Assembly: GCA_049968255.1 (NCBI GenBank)
Contig: JBMFRB010000002.1
Coordinates: 153,772 to 217,771, forward strand
DNA: 64,000 bases
From: Candidatus Sumerlaeaceae bacterium
Lineage (GTDB): Bacteria > Sumerlaeota > Sumerlaeia > Sumerlaeales > Sumerlaeaceae
Reading direction: 5' to 3'
This document shows, one piece after another, positions 19,584-28,275 of this stretch (positions are counted from its first letter, which is position 1; every line of letters starts with the position of its first letter). Position numbers and translations under genes: made by a program. The notes below the pieces were generated by a model that had not been told where the DNA came from, ran no database searches, and saw nothing but the letters and a program-made list of their open reading frames with translations.

Positions 19584-20210
19584 TCACTCAGAGAGAAGGT
19601 CTCGATTTTTCCAGAGATACTGGAGTCCTGACGCAATCGTGAGTGTGATAATGACCACAAGCACAATCCAGAAAACAACGCGCAAGCCATACTCTGCAGT
19701 GGGCTGCCACGCTACAGAGTGCCATCGGAGGTAGTCGCGCAGACAAAGCCCAGCCAAGACAACTCCGATTCCCACGAGCTGACTGATTGTTTTGTGCTTC
19801 CCCAGATAATCGGCTTGAATGACTCGTCCTCGTTCGAGAGCGAGTGCGCGCAAACCCGTGACAAGAAACTCCCGTGCAAGAATCACGATAATTGCCCACG
19901 CGGGGAATATTGGTCGTTTCAGGTCGAGATTAAGCTCCACGAATGCGACAAACGCCGACATGGTGAGAAGTTTATCCGCCAGAGGATCCATGAGCTTACC
20001 AAAATTTGTGACAAGCTGAAGACGACGGGCTAAATAGCCGTCAAGGAGATCGGTGAGGGCAGCGACGACGAAGACGAAAAACGCTGCGATGCGGCAAAAA
20101 AAGATAAGGTCGAGTCTAGTGGTGACATTTTCAAATAGCAGCAAGCTTACGAAAAGGGGGATCAAAATGATTCTCAATAAAGTTAGCTTATTAGGAAGAT
20201 TTAGGTTCAT
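19584..20210 (-). CDS. pgsA: CDP-diacylglycerol--glycerol-3-phosphate 3-phosphatidyltransferase (CDP-alcohol phosphatidyltransferase)
   Basis: CDP-OH phosphotransferase motif (DGYLARR...GKLMDPLADKLL) and multiple TM helices. 208 aa. Confidence 0.8.
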   Translation of the reverse strand: MNLNLPNKLTLLRIILIPLFVSLLLFENVTTRLDLIFFCRIAAFFVFVVAALTDLLDGYLARRLQLVTNFGKLMDPLADKLLTMSAFVAFVELNLDLKRPIFPAWAIIVILAREFLVTGLRALALERGRVIQADYLGKHKTISQLVGIGVVLAGLCLRDYLRWHSVAWQPTAEYGLRVVFWIVLVVIITLTIASGLQYLWKNRDLLSE

Positions 20211-20222
20211 AGGGCGACTTAC

Positions 20223-20789
20223 TTAGTCTTCTCCCGTGGCGACATAGAAATGAAGACTTGTATCACCATAGTTCTCTTTTCGGAAACGCCGGAGTCGTGC
20301 ATAGCTCTCAGCCAGTTCCTCCCGCGGCGATGCCTGGATGACCACGACCGCACTTGGCTCAAAAGGCAGGTGAACTGCAACATATTCAAGTGAGCGCGCA
20401 GCATCACCACTATCGTATGGAGGATCCGAGAAAACAAGATGGTATCGTGGCCATCCCGTGCTCTTCTGCATTTCAAGCCATCGCAGAACATTGGCTCGAA
20501 ACACTCGACATCGTTGCTCGTAGCTAAGCTTAGCGATATTGCTTTGCAGCGCCGCCAAGGCCCTGTCCGCCTGCTCAACAAACGTGCAATGCGAGGCGCC
20601 GCGACTGAGTGCTTCAAGGCCGAGAGAGCCCGCGCCTGCGTAAAGATCGAGAACTGTTGCGCCAACGACTTCGTGGCGCAGGATATTAAAGAGAGATTCG
20701 CGGACACGTCCGAGGGTCGGGCGCGTGTCGGTCCCTCGTGGTGTTTTCAAAACAAAACCTTTTTTCTCGCCGGCAATGATGCGGATCAT
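20223..20789 (-). CDS. rsmD: 16S rRNA (guanine966-N2)-methyltransferase
   Basis: 188 aa. SAM motif (VLDLYAGAGSLGLEALSRGA) and DPPY motif (VFSDPPY). Confidence 0.85.
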   Translation of the reverse strand: MIRIIAGEKKGFVLKTPRGTDTRPTLGRVRESLFNILRHEVVGATVLDLYAGAGSLGLEALSRGASHCTFVEQADRALAALQSNIAKLSYEQRCRVFRANVLRWLEMQKSTGWPRYHLVFSDPPYDSGDAARSLEYVAVHLPFEPSAVVVIQASPREELAESYARLRRFRKENYGDTSLHFYVATGED

Positions 20790-20892
20790 TAAAGCTCTCT
20801 TGGTCTGAATGTCTCTTCTCCTGCAACAGAGATTGCGAAGTTATTGTAAGGTTGTTCAATGCTGAACCGATGCCATCCACGGAGGATGATTC

Positions 20893-21267
20893 ATGCCACA
20901 TGTGATTTTTCGGGGCGCAGTGGCGCTGCAAGATGCTTGGGAAGGCTTTACCCCTTTGCTTGTGAATGAGCATGGTTGGCTAACAAAGGTCACGGATTGT
21001 TTTCTCAACGGACGGCGGACATGCATGTTGCTTGAGAGCACTGCAGTGTTCCAGGGAGTGACACATAACTTTTATGTGCGCGTGGACCAGAAGCAGGATC
21101 AAGTGACAGTGCGAGTTGAGCCGCGAACAAATGTGGAAAAGAACGAAGGTGTTAAACGAGCCGTTGCCATCGTGTCGCGGTTTTTAGCCCAGCGGTTTCC
21201 TTATCTTATTTTTGATAAGTCGAATTTGCCTCCCGAAATGTTGAGTGAGCTGGAGGATAAACAGTGA
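20893..21267 (+). CDS. Hypothetical protein (124 aa), translationally coupled to trmB
   Basis: ATG at 20893 preceded by GGAGGA. No recognisable family. Its stop overlaps the GTG start of trmB (GTGA). Confidence 0.5.
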   Translation: MPHVIFRGAVALQDAWEGFTPLLVNEHGWLTKVTDCFLNGRRTCMLLESTAVFQGVTHNFYVRVDQKQDQVTVRVEPRTNVEKNEGVKRAVAIVSRFLAQRFPYLIFDKSNLPPEMLSELEDKQ

Positions 21268-21917
21268 GCTTTGGCGAGATCTGCGGCGCAGTGGGAGCAC
21301 CTCTGAGCTACGCGGATTTGCAGGAGCTCGGCGGACTAACCGGAATTTTTTCGCGGCACGCGCCGTTGGAGCTGGAGGTTGGTTGCGGGCGCGGAGATTT
21401 TCTCCTTGCCTACGCCTCTCGGCGGCCGGGAGTGAATTTCATCGGTGTGGAGCGAAAGCTCGTTATTGCGCGACGCGCCGCGAGTAAACTGGGCCGGGCA
21501 GGCCTAACAAATGTGCGCATTATCCACGGCGAGATCGGCTATCTTGTTGATCGGTATCTCCCGATGAACTCGCTGCATGCGATCCATTGCTATTTCCCAG
21601 ACCCGTGGCCAAAAAAACGCCATGCAAAGAGGCGGCTCTTTCGGGAGGGGACACAAGAGCTTTTCGCGAAGCTCCTCCAACCGGGCGGGTGGGTTCACAT
21701 TCGCACCGACGTTCCGGCCTATTTTGAGGCGATCTGCGCTCTTTTTGACTCCTCGCCTCTTTTTCAGCAAGTGGAACCACCTCGCGATCTGGTTGATTGC
21801 CTCACCGGCTTCGAACGGCGCTTTGTGGCCGAAGGGAAGCCAATTTACCGCGTGAGCTATCGTAGAGAACCGATTTCCCAGTCTCGGTCTGCTTTGGTGA
21901 AAAATAAGGTTGAATAG
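21264..21917 (+). CDS. trmB: tRNA (guanine46-N7)-methyltransferase
   Basis: GTG start with GGAGGA 8 nt upstream. Motifs LEVGCGRGDFL, FIGVE and YFPDPWPKKRHAKRRL. Confidence 0.85.
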   Translation: MSFGEICGAVGAPLSYADLQELGGLTGIFSRHAPLELEVGCGRGDFLLAYASRRPGVNFIGVERKLVIARRAASKLGRAGLTNVRIIHGEIGYLVDRYLPMNSLHAIHCYFPDPWPKKRHAKRRLFREGTQELFAKLLQPGGWVHIRTDVPAYFEAICALFDSSPLFQQVEPPRDLVDCLTGFERRFVAEGKPIYRVSYRREPISQSRSALVKNKVE

Positions 21918-21986
21918 GCTGAGAGGGCTGTGAAGCCGTAGGGGAAGGGTCGTAAATTTGATGAAAAACTTTTGGAGGCAAGAAAC

Positions 21987-22952
21987 GTGCAACCGATTGT
22001 CGAGCGTGCCCTCGACGAGCATGGACGGCCGCCTGTCGTTTTTTCGGGAACTGGGAGCATCGAGCTAACACAAGCAATTTGCACCACCCTTGGAATCTCG
22101 CCTGGTGCTATAGAAATTCGGCGATTCAGCGATGGAGAGATCCGCGTCAAGATCAACGAGAGCGTCCGCGGTGCAAACTGCTTTGTCGTGCAATCCTGCT
22201 ATACACCGGTGAACGAACATCTCATGGAGCTGTTCTTGATTCTCGACGCGCTCAAACGCGCGAGCGCGAAACAGGTCAATGCAATTATTCCCTACTATGG
22301 CTATGCGAGACAGGATCGCAAAGATGAGGGACGCGTAGCGCTATCCGCGCGCTTGGTGGCGAACCTTTTGACAGCTGCAGGGGCAACACGTGTTGTCGCA
22401 GTGGATCTGCATTCGGCACAGATTCAAGGATTCTTCGACATCCCTGTGGATCATCTGTACGCCGCACCCGTATTGGTCGATTACATCCAAAAGCGCGGCT
22501 TTTCTAATTTCGTTGTCGTGTCGCCAGATGTGGGAAATGTGAAACGTGCTCGTTCTTATGCTAATCGCCTCAATGCGCCGCTAGCTATTATTGACAAGCG
22601 TCGGCCCGAACCCAACGTGGCCGAGGTCATGAATATCATCGGCGAGGTCGAAGGCAAAGACGTGTTCCTTTTCGACGATATCATTGACACGGCGGGCACG
22701 CTCGTCGGGGCTGCCGAAGCACTAAAGAAGCGTGGTGTCGGGCGAATCTACGCTTGCTGTACACATCCAGTGCTCAGTGGTCCCGCAAAGGAACGACTGG
22801 CCGCCTCCAGCATCGAGGAAATCATTGTGACGGACACAATACCCCAGCGGAATAGTTTCCAGAAGTTGACAGTTGTTAGCCTTGCGCCGATGCTGGCCGA
22901 AGCTATCAAGCGGATTCATACGAACGATAGTGTGAGCACTCTGTTTCGATGA
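21987..22952 (+). CDS. prs: Ribose-phosphate pyrophosphokinase (PRPP synthetase)
   Basis: FSDGEIRVKINESVRG, PYYGYARQDRK and the PRPP-binding loop (DDIIDTAGTL). Start is GTG 21987 (GGAGG upstream) or TTG 21972. Confidence 0.9.
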   Translation: MQPIVERALDEHGRPPVVFSGTGSIELTQAICTTLGISPGAIEIRRFSDGEIRVKINESVRGANCFVVQSCYTPVNEHLMELFLILDALKRASAKQVNAIIPYYGYARQDRKDEGRVALSARLVANLLTAAGATRVVAVDLHSAQIQGFFDIPVDHLYAAPVLVDYIQKRGFSNFVVVSPDVGNVKRARSYANRLNAPLAIIDKRRPEPNVAEVMNIIGEVEGKDVFLFDDIIDTAGTLVGAAEALKKRGVGRIYACCTHPVLSGPAKERLAASSIEEIIVTDTIPQRNSFQKLTVVSLAPMLAEAIKRIHTNDSVSTLFR

Positions 22953-23908
22953 ACCACGCACAGCGAAAAATCCGTCTCCGCGTTCCCGCCACCACCGCGA
23001 ACTTGGGTCCGGGCTTCGATTGTCTGGGACTAGCATTGCAGTGGTACAACTTTGTCGAAGTGACTGAGCAGACTTCCGATGAGCCGACTTTGGTCATCGA
23101 CGGACAGGAGGCGCCTGAGGACTTACCGAGAAGTGCTGAGAATCTGGTGTGGCGGGCTTTTGCTCACGTGTTCCATCTTGTTGCTACCGCGGTCCCTCCG
23201 CTGACTATGCGCGTGACAATCGGGACGCCTATTGCGCGTGGCTTAGGTAGCAGCGCTGCGGCGATTGTTGGCGGAATGGCTGCCGCAAACTTTTTTCTGG
23301 GCAAGCCGCTTTCACCGGATCAACTTGTCGCAGAAATGATCGCGATGGAGGGGCATCCCGATAACGTCGTGGCATGCTACTATGGAGGACTAACGGCCTC
23401 ACTGGTCACCGATTCAGAAGTCTACGTGCGCAAGTACTATCCAGCGGAGTCCTTGCGATGCGTGCTCATCGTGCCGGATTATCACCTCTCGACGGCCAAT
23501 GCGCGGCAGGTTCTGCCACGCCGCGTTTCGATGAAAGACGCCGTTTTCAACATGGCCCGTATTCCGTTTGTCATTGACAAACTATGTACGGGAGACGTAT
23601 CAGGACTAGATGTAATTATGGATGATCGCTTGCACCAGCCTCACCGGCGCAAGCTCATTGCGGAATACGATCTGATCGAATCAGAGGCGATGCGGGCTGG
23701 AGCTGCTGCAGTTTGCCTTAGTGGCTCTGGCCCCACTTTGCTTGCAGTAACGGAACGCGAGCGAGCCGCTAAAGTGGCGGATGCTGTAAAAAAAATGCTC
23801 ATCGAGATCGGAAAGGCTTTCCGTGTCCAGATCGTCGCACCTGATTCACACGGGGTGCATTGCGAAGAGGGTGATGCCGCTTTTGCCACGAAATGTCCTG
23901 CTCCCTAA
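22949..23908 (+). CDS. thrB: Homoserine kinase (GHMP family)
   Basis: ATG overlaps the prs stop (ATGA). ThrB-type motifs: VPATTANLGPGFDCLGLAL, GSSAAA, HPDNVVACYYGG and SGSGPTLLAV. Confidence 0.8.
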   Translation: MNHAQRKIRLRVPATTANLGPGFDCLGLALQWYNFVEVTEQTSDEPTLVIDGQEAPEDLPRSAENLVWRAFAHVFHLVATAVPPLTMRVTIGTPIARGLGSSAAAIVGGMAAANFFLGKPLSPDQLVAEMIAMEGHPDNVVACYYGGLTASLVTDSEVYVRKYYPAESLRCVLIVPDYHLSTANARQVLPRRVSMKDAVFNMARIPFVIDKLCTGDVSGLDVIMDDRLHQPHRRKLIAEYDLIESEAMRAGAAAVCLSGSGPTLLAVTERERAAKVADAVKKMLIEIGKAFRVQIVAPDSHGVHCEEGDAAFATKCPAP

Positions 23909-24018
23909 TTTCCCAGCTGCCCGCGGAGGATTATGATCATGAGCTCCGTTACTGTGGGGGGACGGCGGGCTTCCCCCCCTGCGACCATTTCCTTTCCGGC
24001 TCGCTGATGTGCGCTTGA

Positions 24019-24219
24019 TCACCACTCTGCGGGAGGAGGCGTCTTGGCGCGCGACTCGTTCGTCAGTGGTGTAGGCGAGAGGTCAGGAATCGGATAGGCT
24101 GGTGGAGGCACAGGGCGTTCAGTTCGGGCCCATCCAAACGTGTTTGTGCGTGAATTGTATGCACATCCACCAATGAAGAGGCTGGCAAAGAGCAGCGCTA
24201 TGAAGAGAAGAATTTTCAT
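24019..24219 (-). CDS. Small putative lipoprotein
   Basis: Signal peptide with lipobox-like FIGGC (MKILLFIALLFASLFIGGCAYN), then a Pro-rich tail. Start chosen at the third or fourth ATG. Confidence 0.4.
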   Translation of the reverse strand: MKILLFIALLFASLFIGGCAYNSRTNTFGWARTERPVPPPAYPIPDLSPTPLTNESRAKTPPPAEW

Positions 24220-24261
24220 CATAGGCCACATTTACGATAGCTGGATTCCGGATGGTCAAGC

Positions 24262-25380
24262 ATGACTGAACGAAGACTCAGCAAGGTTTTGCTCGCGGCA
24301 GGTGGCACGGGTGGCCACATTCTGCCAGCGATTGCTCTCGGGCGTGCGCTAGAAGAAAGGGGCCTGGCAAAAGTCTCCTATCTATGCGGCCAACGGCCGG
24401 TGGAACTCGACCTCTACAGCCGCGAGAACATCGAGCCAATTGTGGTTCCCGTTCGGCAGTTGGGAGCTTCTGTGCTCGAACGACTACGTGGCGGCTGGGC
24501 CGCGATTGCGGTGACCTGGCGATGCAGGCGGTTGATCCACGAGGAGCGATTTGACGCGGTCGTGGGGATGGGGGGATACGTTTCAGGGCCGGCCGTATTG
24601 GCGGGGATCGTGACCAGACGCGCAACGGTTATTCACGAGGCGAATTCTGTGCCGGGCAAAACAAACCGCTGGCTGGCCCCATGGGTCAAGATGGTTGCGG
24701 TGAACTTTTCACGCACGGCCTCGCAGCTGCGCAGCAGACAATGTGAAATTGTGGGCATGCCAATTCGCAGCCGAATCTTGCATGGGTTTCGGGAAAAAGG
24801 AATAGAGCTTTTTGGACTCGATGCGCGCAAGCGAACCTTACTCGTTGTAGGGGGCAGCCAAGGCGCACGCAATCTCAACTACGCACTCGCTGGGGCGCTG
24901 CCCCTGCTCGACAGGCCGGAATTCTCGGATGTGCAGCTCCTCTGGAGCACGGGAGCGAGTCATTACGACAACCTTGTAGGCTTGGTGAGTCGGCTAGGGC
25001 TTCAGCATTTACGTGTGAAATTGGTTCCGTTTATCGCGGAAATGGAGCATGCGCTCGCGTGTGCAGACGCGGCGATTTCTCGAGCTGGGGCGAGCGCGAT
25101 TGCGGAGCTTCTTGCCACCGGTGTGTTTGCTCTGTATGTGCCTCTGCCAAATGCAATTTACGATCACCAGCGAAAAAACGCACTGGAACTGGTTTCTGCT
25201 GGACTCGGCATGATGTTGCTCGAGCACGAGATGACTCCCCAGACAACGATGTCTGCGATTGCCGAACTTCTTGCTTTAGCGCCAGCAAAGCGAGAGGCTG
25301 TGGCAGCAGCAGGGGAGATTCATCGCCATGCGGCGGAGAAACTTGCCATGCTTGTGAGTGAGGCAGCGAATTCGCGGTGA
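24262..25380 (+). CDS. murG: UDP-N-acetylglucosamine--N-acetylmuramyl-(pentapeptide)-pyrophosphoryl-undecaprenol GlcNAc transferase
   Basis: N-terminal G-loop (LLAAGGTGGHILPAIAL) and GT28 two-domain architecture. 372 aa. Confidence 0.9.
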   Translation: MTERRLSKVLLAAGGTGGHILPAIALGRALEERGLAKVSYLCGQRPVELDLYSRENIEPIVVPVRQLGASVLERLRGGWAAIAVTWRCRRLIHEERFDAVVGMGGYVSGPAVLAGIVTRRATVIHEANSVPGKTNRWLAPWVKMVAVNFSRTASQLRSRQCEIVGMPIRSRILHGFREKGIELFGLDARKRTLLVVGGSQGARNLNYALAGALPLLDRPEFSDVQLLWSTGASHYDNLVGLVSRLGLQHLRVKLVPFIAEMEHALACADAAISRAGASAIAELLATGVFALYVPLPNAIYDHQRKNALELVSAGLGMMLLEHEMTPQTTMSAIAELLALAPAKREAVAAAGEIHRHAAEKLAMLVSEAANSR

Positions 25381-25395
25381 GCAAATGAGCCTTTG

Positions 25396-26217
25396 TTATT
25401 GAGTTAACTTCGATCTCCAGCGGACGTATCCAAGGAGACCAATCCCAAGCAGAATCATGATGGCGCAGAGGATTTGTCCCATTGTCATCCAGCCGAAATA
25501 GTAGGGAAGTTGCGGATCTTTCTCTCGAAAGAATTCCAACAGGAAGCGGATACAGCCGTACCAAAGAAGGGCCACACTTGTGATTGTCCCATGATTTTTG
25601 ACGCGCCGCCGTATGGACCAGAGCAAAAGAAACAGAAGGATGCCCTCGCCCAAAGCTTCGTAAAGCTGCGAAGGGTGACGAGCTGACGTGTAGTTGAGGA
25701 TGTTGCCCATGTCGTCGTAGATCGGAAATCGCATGGCCCACGGCATGGCTGTGGGGCGTCCGTAGAGCTCGGCATTGATAAAATTGCCGAGCCGACCGAG
25801 CGCAATGCCTGGGGCCGCAGCAATGGCTAGGCTGTCCGTCAGATTTAGCAGAGGAAGGCTGTGGCGGCGGGCATAGAAATAACAGATGAAGATCATGCCG
25901 ATGGCGCCTCCGTGAAACGACAGGCCGCCGTGCCAAATCGCGAAAGGGGTGTACCACCAGACAAACGGCGAGTCGGGTGTTGGCACATAATATACGAGCA
26001 TGTAAATGCCCCGTGCGCCAATCAGCATTCCCAGAAAAAGAGAGAGCAGAAAACTTTCGATACGCGTTTCTGACAGGCGTAAAAAGTTTTCGCGCGCGAG
26101 TTTCCGCAAAATTTGCCATCCGATGAGATAGGCGAGAACGTACATCACGCCGTACCACCGAATGCGTAACGGGCCGATACGCAGCAGCTCTGGGCCAATT
26201 TCGGGATACCGAATCAT
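25396..26217 (-). CDS. lgt: Prolipoprotein diacylglyceryl transferase
   Basis: Start ATG 26217 (MIRYPEIGPELLRIGPLRIRWYGVMYVLAYLIGWQ...). Lgt signature (GARGIYMLVYY, HGGLSFHGG) and multiple TMs. The overlapping 458-aa ORF in another frame is spurious. Confidence 0.85.
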   Translation of the reverse strand: MIRYPEIGPELLRIGPLRIRWYGVMYVLAYLIGWQILRKLARENFLRLSETRIESFLLSLFLGMLIGARGIYMLVYYVPTPDSPFVWWYTPFAIWHGGLSFHGGAIGMIFICYFYARRHSLPLLNLTDSLAIAAAPGIALGRLGNFINAELYGRPTAMPWAMRFPIYDDMGNILNYTSARHPSQLYEALGEGILLFLLLWSIRRRVKNHGTITSVALLWYGCIRFLLEFFREKDPQLPYYFGWMTMGQILCAIMILLGIGLLGYVRWRSKLTQ

Positions 26218-26293
26218 CTTGCGTGGATGCTCCGATTGATGCCAATCGCCTCGAACACGACACAGCGCCTTGTGTAGCAAAGTCTAGAGGATC

Positions 26294-27691
26294 ATGCGAC
26301 AAATGGCAGCCAGCATGAACATCACGAAGCACTATTACACCCCGGATCTGAGCAGATTGAAGGCTATTGCATCTGAGGCTCCACTTTTGAGTCCAGAACA
26401 AGCGCAAGAGATCCTCGACCGTTCGGAGATCCCCGCGCTTTCATTGCCTGAGGTAGCGGGCTTCGTAAAGGCAGTGCTGAGCAATCCTGTGGGCAAAGTG
26501 ACGCAACTTGTGCTCGAAAAAGCTGTCGGACTTCGTCGCGCACTGTTTAGTGATGCTGTTGTGCCGATGGCGCCGATGGAAATCGCTAACACCTGTGCTT
26601 CCGACTGCATCTTTTGTGGCTGGCGTATTTCCAACAGCGAAATGAAGCGTCTGCGCATGCCCGATGATCTTATTCTTCTTCAGGTCGAGTATCTCCTCGA
26701 CTTGGGCATAAACTACATCGAATTTGTTTCCGGTGATGATCTGGTCGCTGTGCGACAGCAGTTGCCGCGATTACTTGCGCGCACGAAAGAACTTTTTCAG
26801 GCGCGCGGCGTGGAAGGCAAAACATGCTTTTGCACCTTGGCGCTAACCGAAAAGCAATATAGTGAGCTACGCGACGGTGGCGCCGATGCGATGATTGTGT
26901 GGCAGGAAACCTATGATCCGGACGTTTTCGCGCGTTACGTCACCGATGGTCCAAAAGCTTTTGGTATCCGTGACGACTGGACGTGGGATAAAAGTGGCAA
27001 TGGCTGGTTGTTTCGTTACCAGTCGCAGGAGCGAGCCTTGCGCGCAGGCCTTGAAGTTGCCCTCGGAACGATGCTGGGTCTCAATCCTGATGTAACGTTT
27101 GAATTTCTAGCGACAGTGGATCATGCCCGGTACCTTCTCGACAATTATTCGCTTACGCCCGAACATCCGCTGATCATTGGGATGCCAATCTGGAATCCGA
27201 TTCCAACTCGCACATCAGACATGCGGAGAAGCGATTTGCCGGATATCGAGAAGCTCTTTCCGGTTTTTGCTGCCTTGTATTTGCTTAGCCTTCCCACCCC
27301 TGCAACGTGGGTTTTCCCGAACTGCCGTGTGCCTCTGACCGTGCAAGTTGAAGCGGCTCGTGTGGCAGGCGCTTTCACGTCCACCGAGGTCAAGCTCGGT
27401 CCGGGAGGTTATCTACCCTCTGTCATTCAAAAAATGGAAATGCAGGGCAAAAACACGGTCGCGTTGCGCAAGCGACTGGCGAGATTGCTTCGCGAGGCAG
27501 GTGAAAATGTGGACGAACTAGCGCGCGCACTCGATGAGCGGGAGCAGTTTGTGCACCACTACCATGCCCACGTGGCGTATCTGCGCGCGTTAGCAGACGC
27601 AGGCCTGTCCGTTGTGTCCGGGGTGCGCATCCCTGAAGTCGCTAAGAATGTATGCCAGAGCCCAGATGTGGTCGTGTGCGGCGAAGGCTAG
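26294..27691 (+). CDS. Radical SAM enzyme of the ThiH/HydG/NosL (tyrosine-lyase-like) family, orphan, with about 100-aa C-terminal extension
   Basis: ATG at 26294. CxxxCxxC in a ThiH-like context (MEIANTCASDCIFCGWRISNSEMKRLRMPDDLILLQVEYLLDLGINYIEFVSGDD) with about 90 aa ahead of the cluster, as in ThiH/HydG. The C-terminal tail has no HydG-type second cluster motif. Confidence 0.7.
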   Translation: MRQMAASMNITKHYYTPDLSRLKAIASEAPLLSPEQAQEILDRSEIPALSLPEVAGFVKAVLSNPVGKVTQLVLEKAVGLRRALFSDAVVPMAPMEIANTCASDCIFCGWRISNSEMKRLRMPDDLILLQVEYLLDLGINYIEFVSGDDLVAVRQQLPRLLARTKELFQARGVEGKTCFCTLALTEKQYSELRDGGADAMIVWQETYDPDVFARYVTDGPKAFGIRDDWTWDKSGNGWLFRYQSQERALRAGLEVALGTMLGLNPDVTFEFLATVDHARYLLDNYSLTPEHPLIIGMPIWNPIPTRTSDMRRSDLPDIEKLFPVFAALYLLSLPTPATWVFPNCRVPLTVQVEAARVAGAFTSTEVKLGPGGYLPSVIQKMEMQGKNTVALRKRLARLLREAGENVDELARALDEREQFVHHYHAHVAYLRALADAGLSVVSGVRIPEVAKNVCQSPDVVVCGEG

Positions 27692-28194
27692 CGCACGCGA
27701 CCAAAATCATCCTCGACGCGAACAATGTCATCTTCGTCCGACGGATTCTCTGGATCTGTACTTTGCCAAATCTCGGCAATGCGCCCCCAACCGTGCAGGC
27801 CAGTGAGCCGATGCCATGCTCCGCAAGGAATTTGCACAACTTCACCCGTATCAAACACAAAAGTTTCAAGGCTGGAACCATCTGGGCCGATTTCAATTTT
27901 TACCGGCCCGTCGATGACACGCCAGTGTTCGCATCGGCGATGATGATACTGCAGCGAGAGGCGCTTGCCTGGTGCGACAAGGAGAATTTTAGGGTCAAGA
28001 CGAAGTCCCTTATCGAGACCACTAACTTCTGTTCCTTGCCAGTAGGCGTGAAAAAAACGCAGAAAACTCGCTTCGCTGAAGCGCAGAAATCCGCCCCACG
28101 GCCGATCGCAGGAAGAGAGTTCTTCAAGTATCTCAATGCCAAACCCTCTGGCTTCAGCCTTGAGGCGTTCAAACAACCATTTTTTGAGTTCCAC
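27688..28194 (-). CDS. Cupin-domain protein (mannose-6-phosphate isomerase type II C-terminal-like)
   Basis: GTG start with AAGGAG RBS. Cupin motifs: RPWGGF, KILLVAPGKRLSLQYHHRRCEHWRVIDGPVKIEI, and TGEVVQIPCGAWHRL. Confidence 0.65.
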   Translation of the reverse strand: MELKKWLFERLKAEARGFGIEILEELSSCDRPWGGFLRFSEASFLRFFHAYWQGTEVSGLDKGLRLDPKILLVAPGKRLSLQYHHRRCEHWRVIDGPVKIEIGPDGSSLETFVFDTGEVVQIPCGAWHRLTGLHGWGRIAEIWQSTDPENPSDEDDIVRVEDDFGRVR

Positions 28195-28275
28195 CTTTCC
28201 AGGATCTCCTTCTTACGCGCAACTTGCCTGCCGACAGCCAGTAGAGTCTATGTTTGCAGGGCTTATTATACGTAA

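Noticed and set aside
22949-23908. IspE (CDP-ME kinase), which frequently sits next to prs
   Set aside because: The GHMP N-terminal motif reads PATTANLGPGFD, and the HPDNV…GG and SGSGPT motifs match homoserine kinase rather than IspE, so it is called thrB.
25031-26407. 458-aa minus-strand ORF spanning the murG 3' end and lgt
   Set aside because: It is in a different frame from the well-supported lgt (Lgt signature) and antisense to murG. The Arg/Ser/Pro-rich composition is typical of spurious ORFs in GC-rich DNA.
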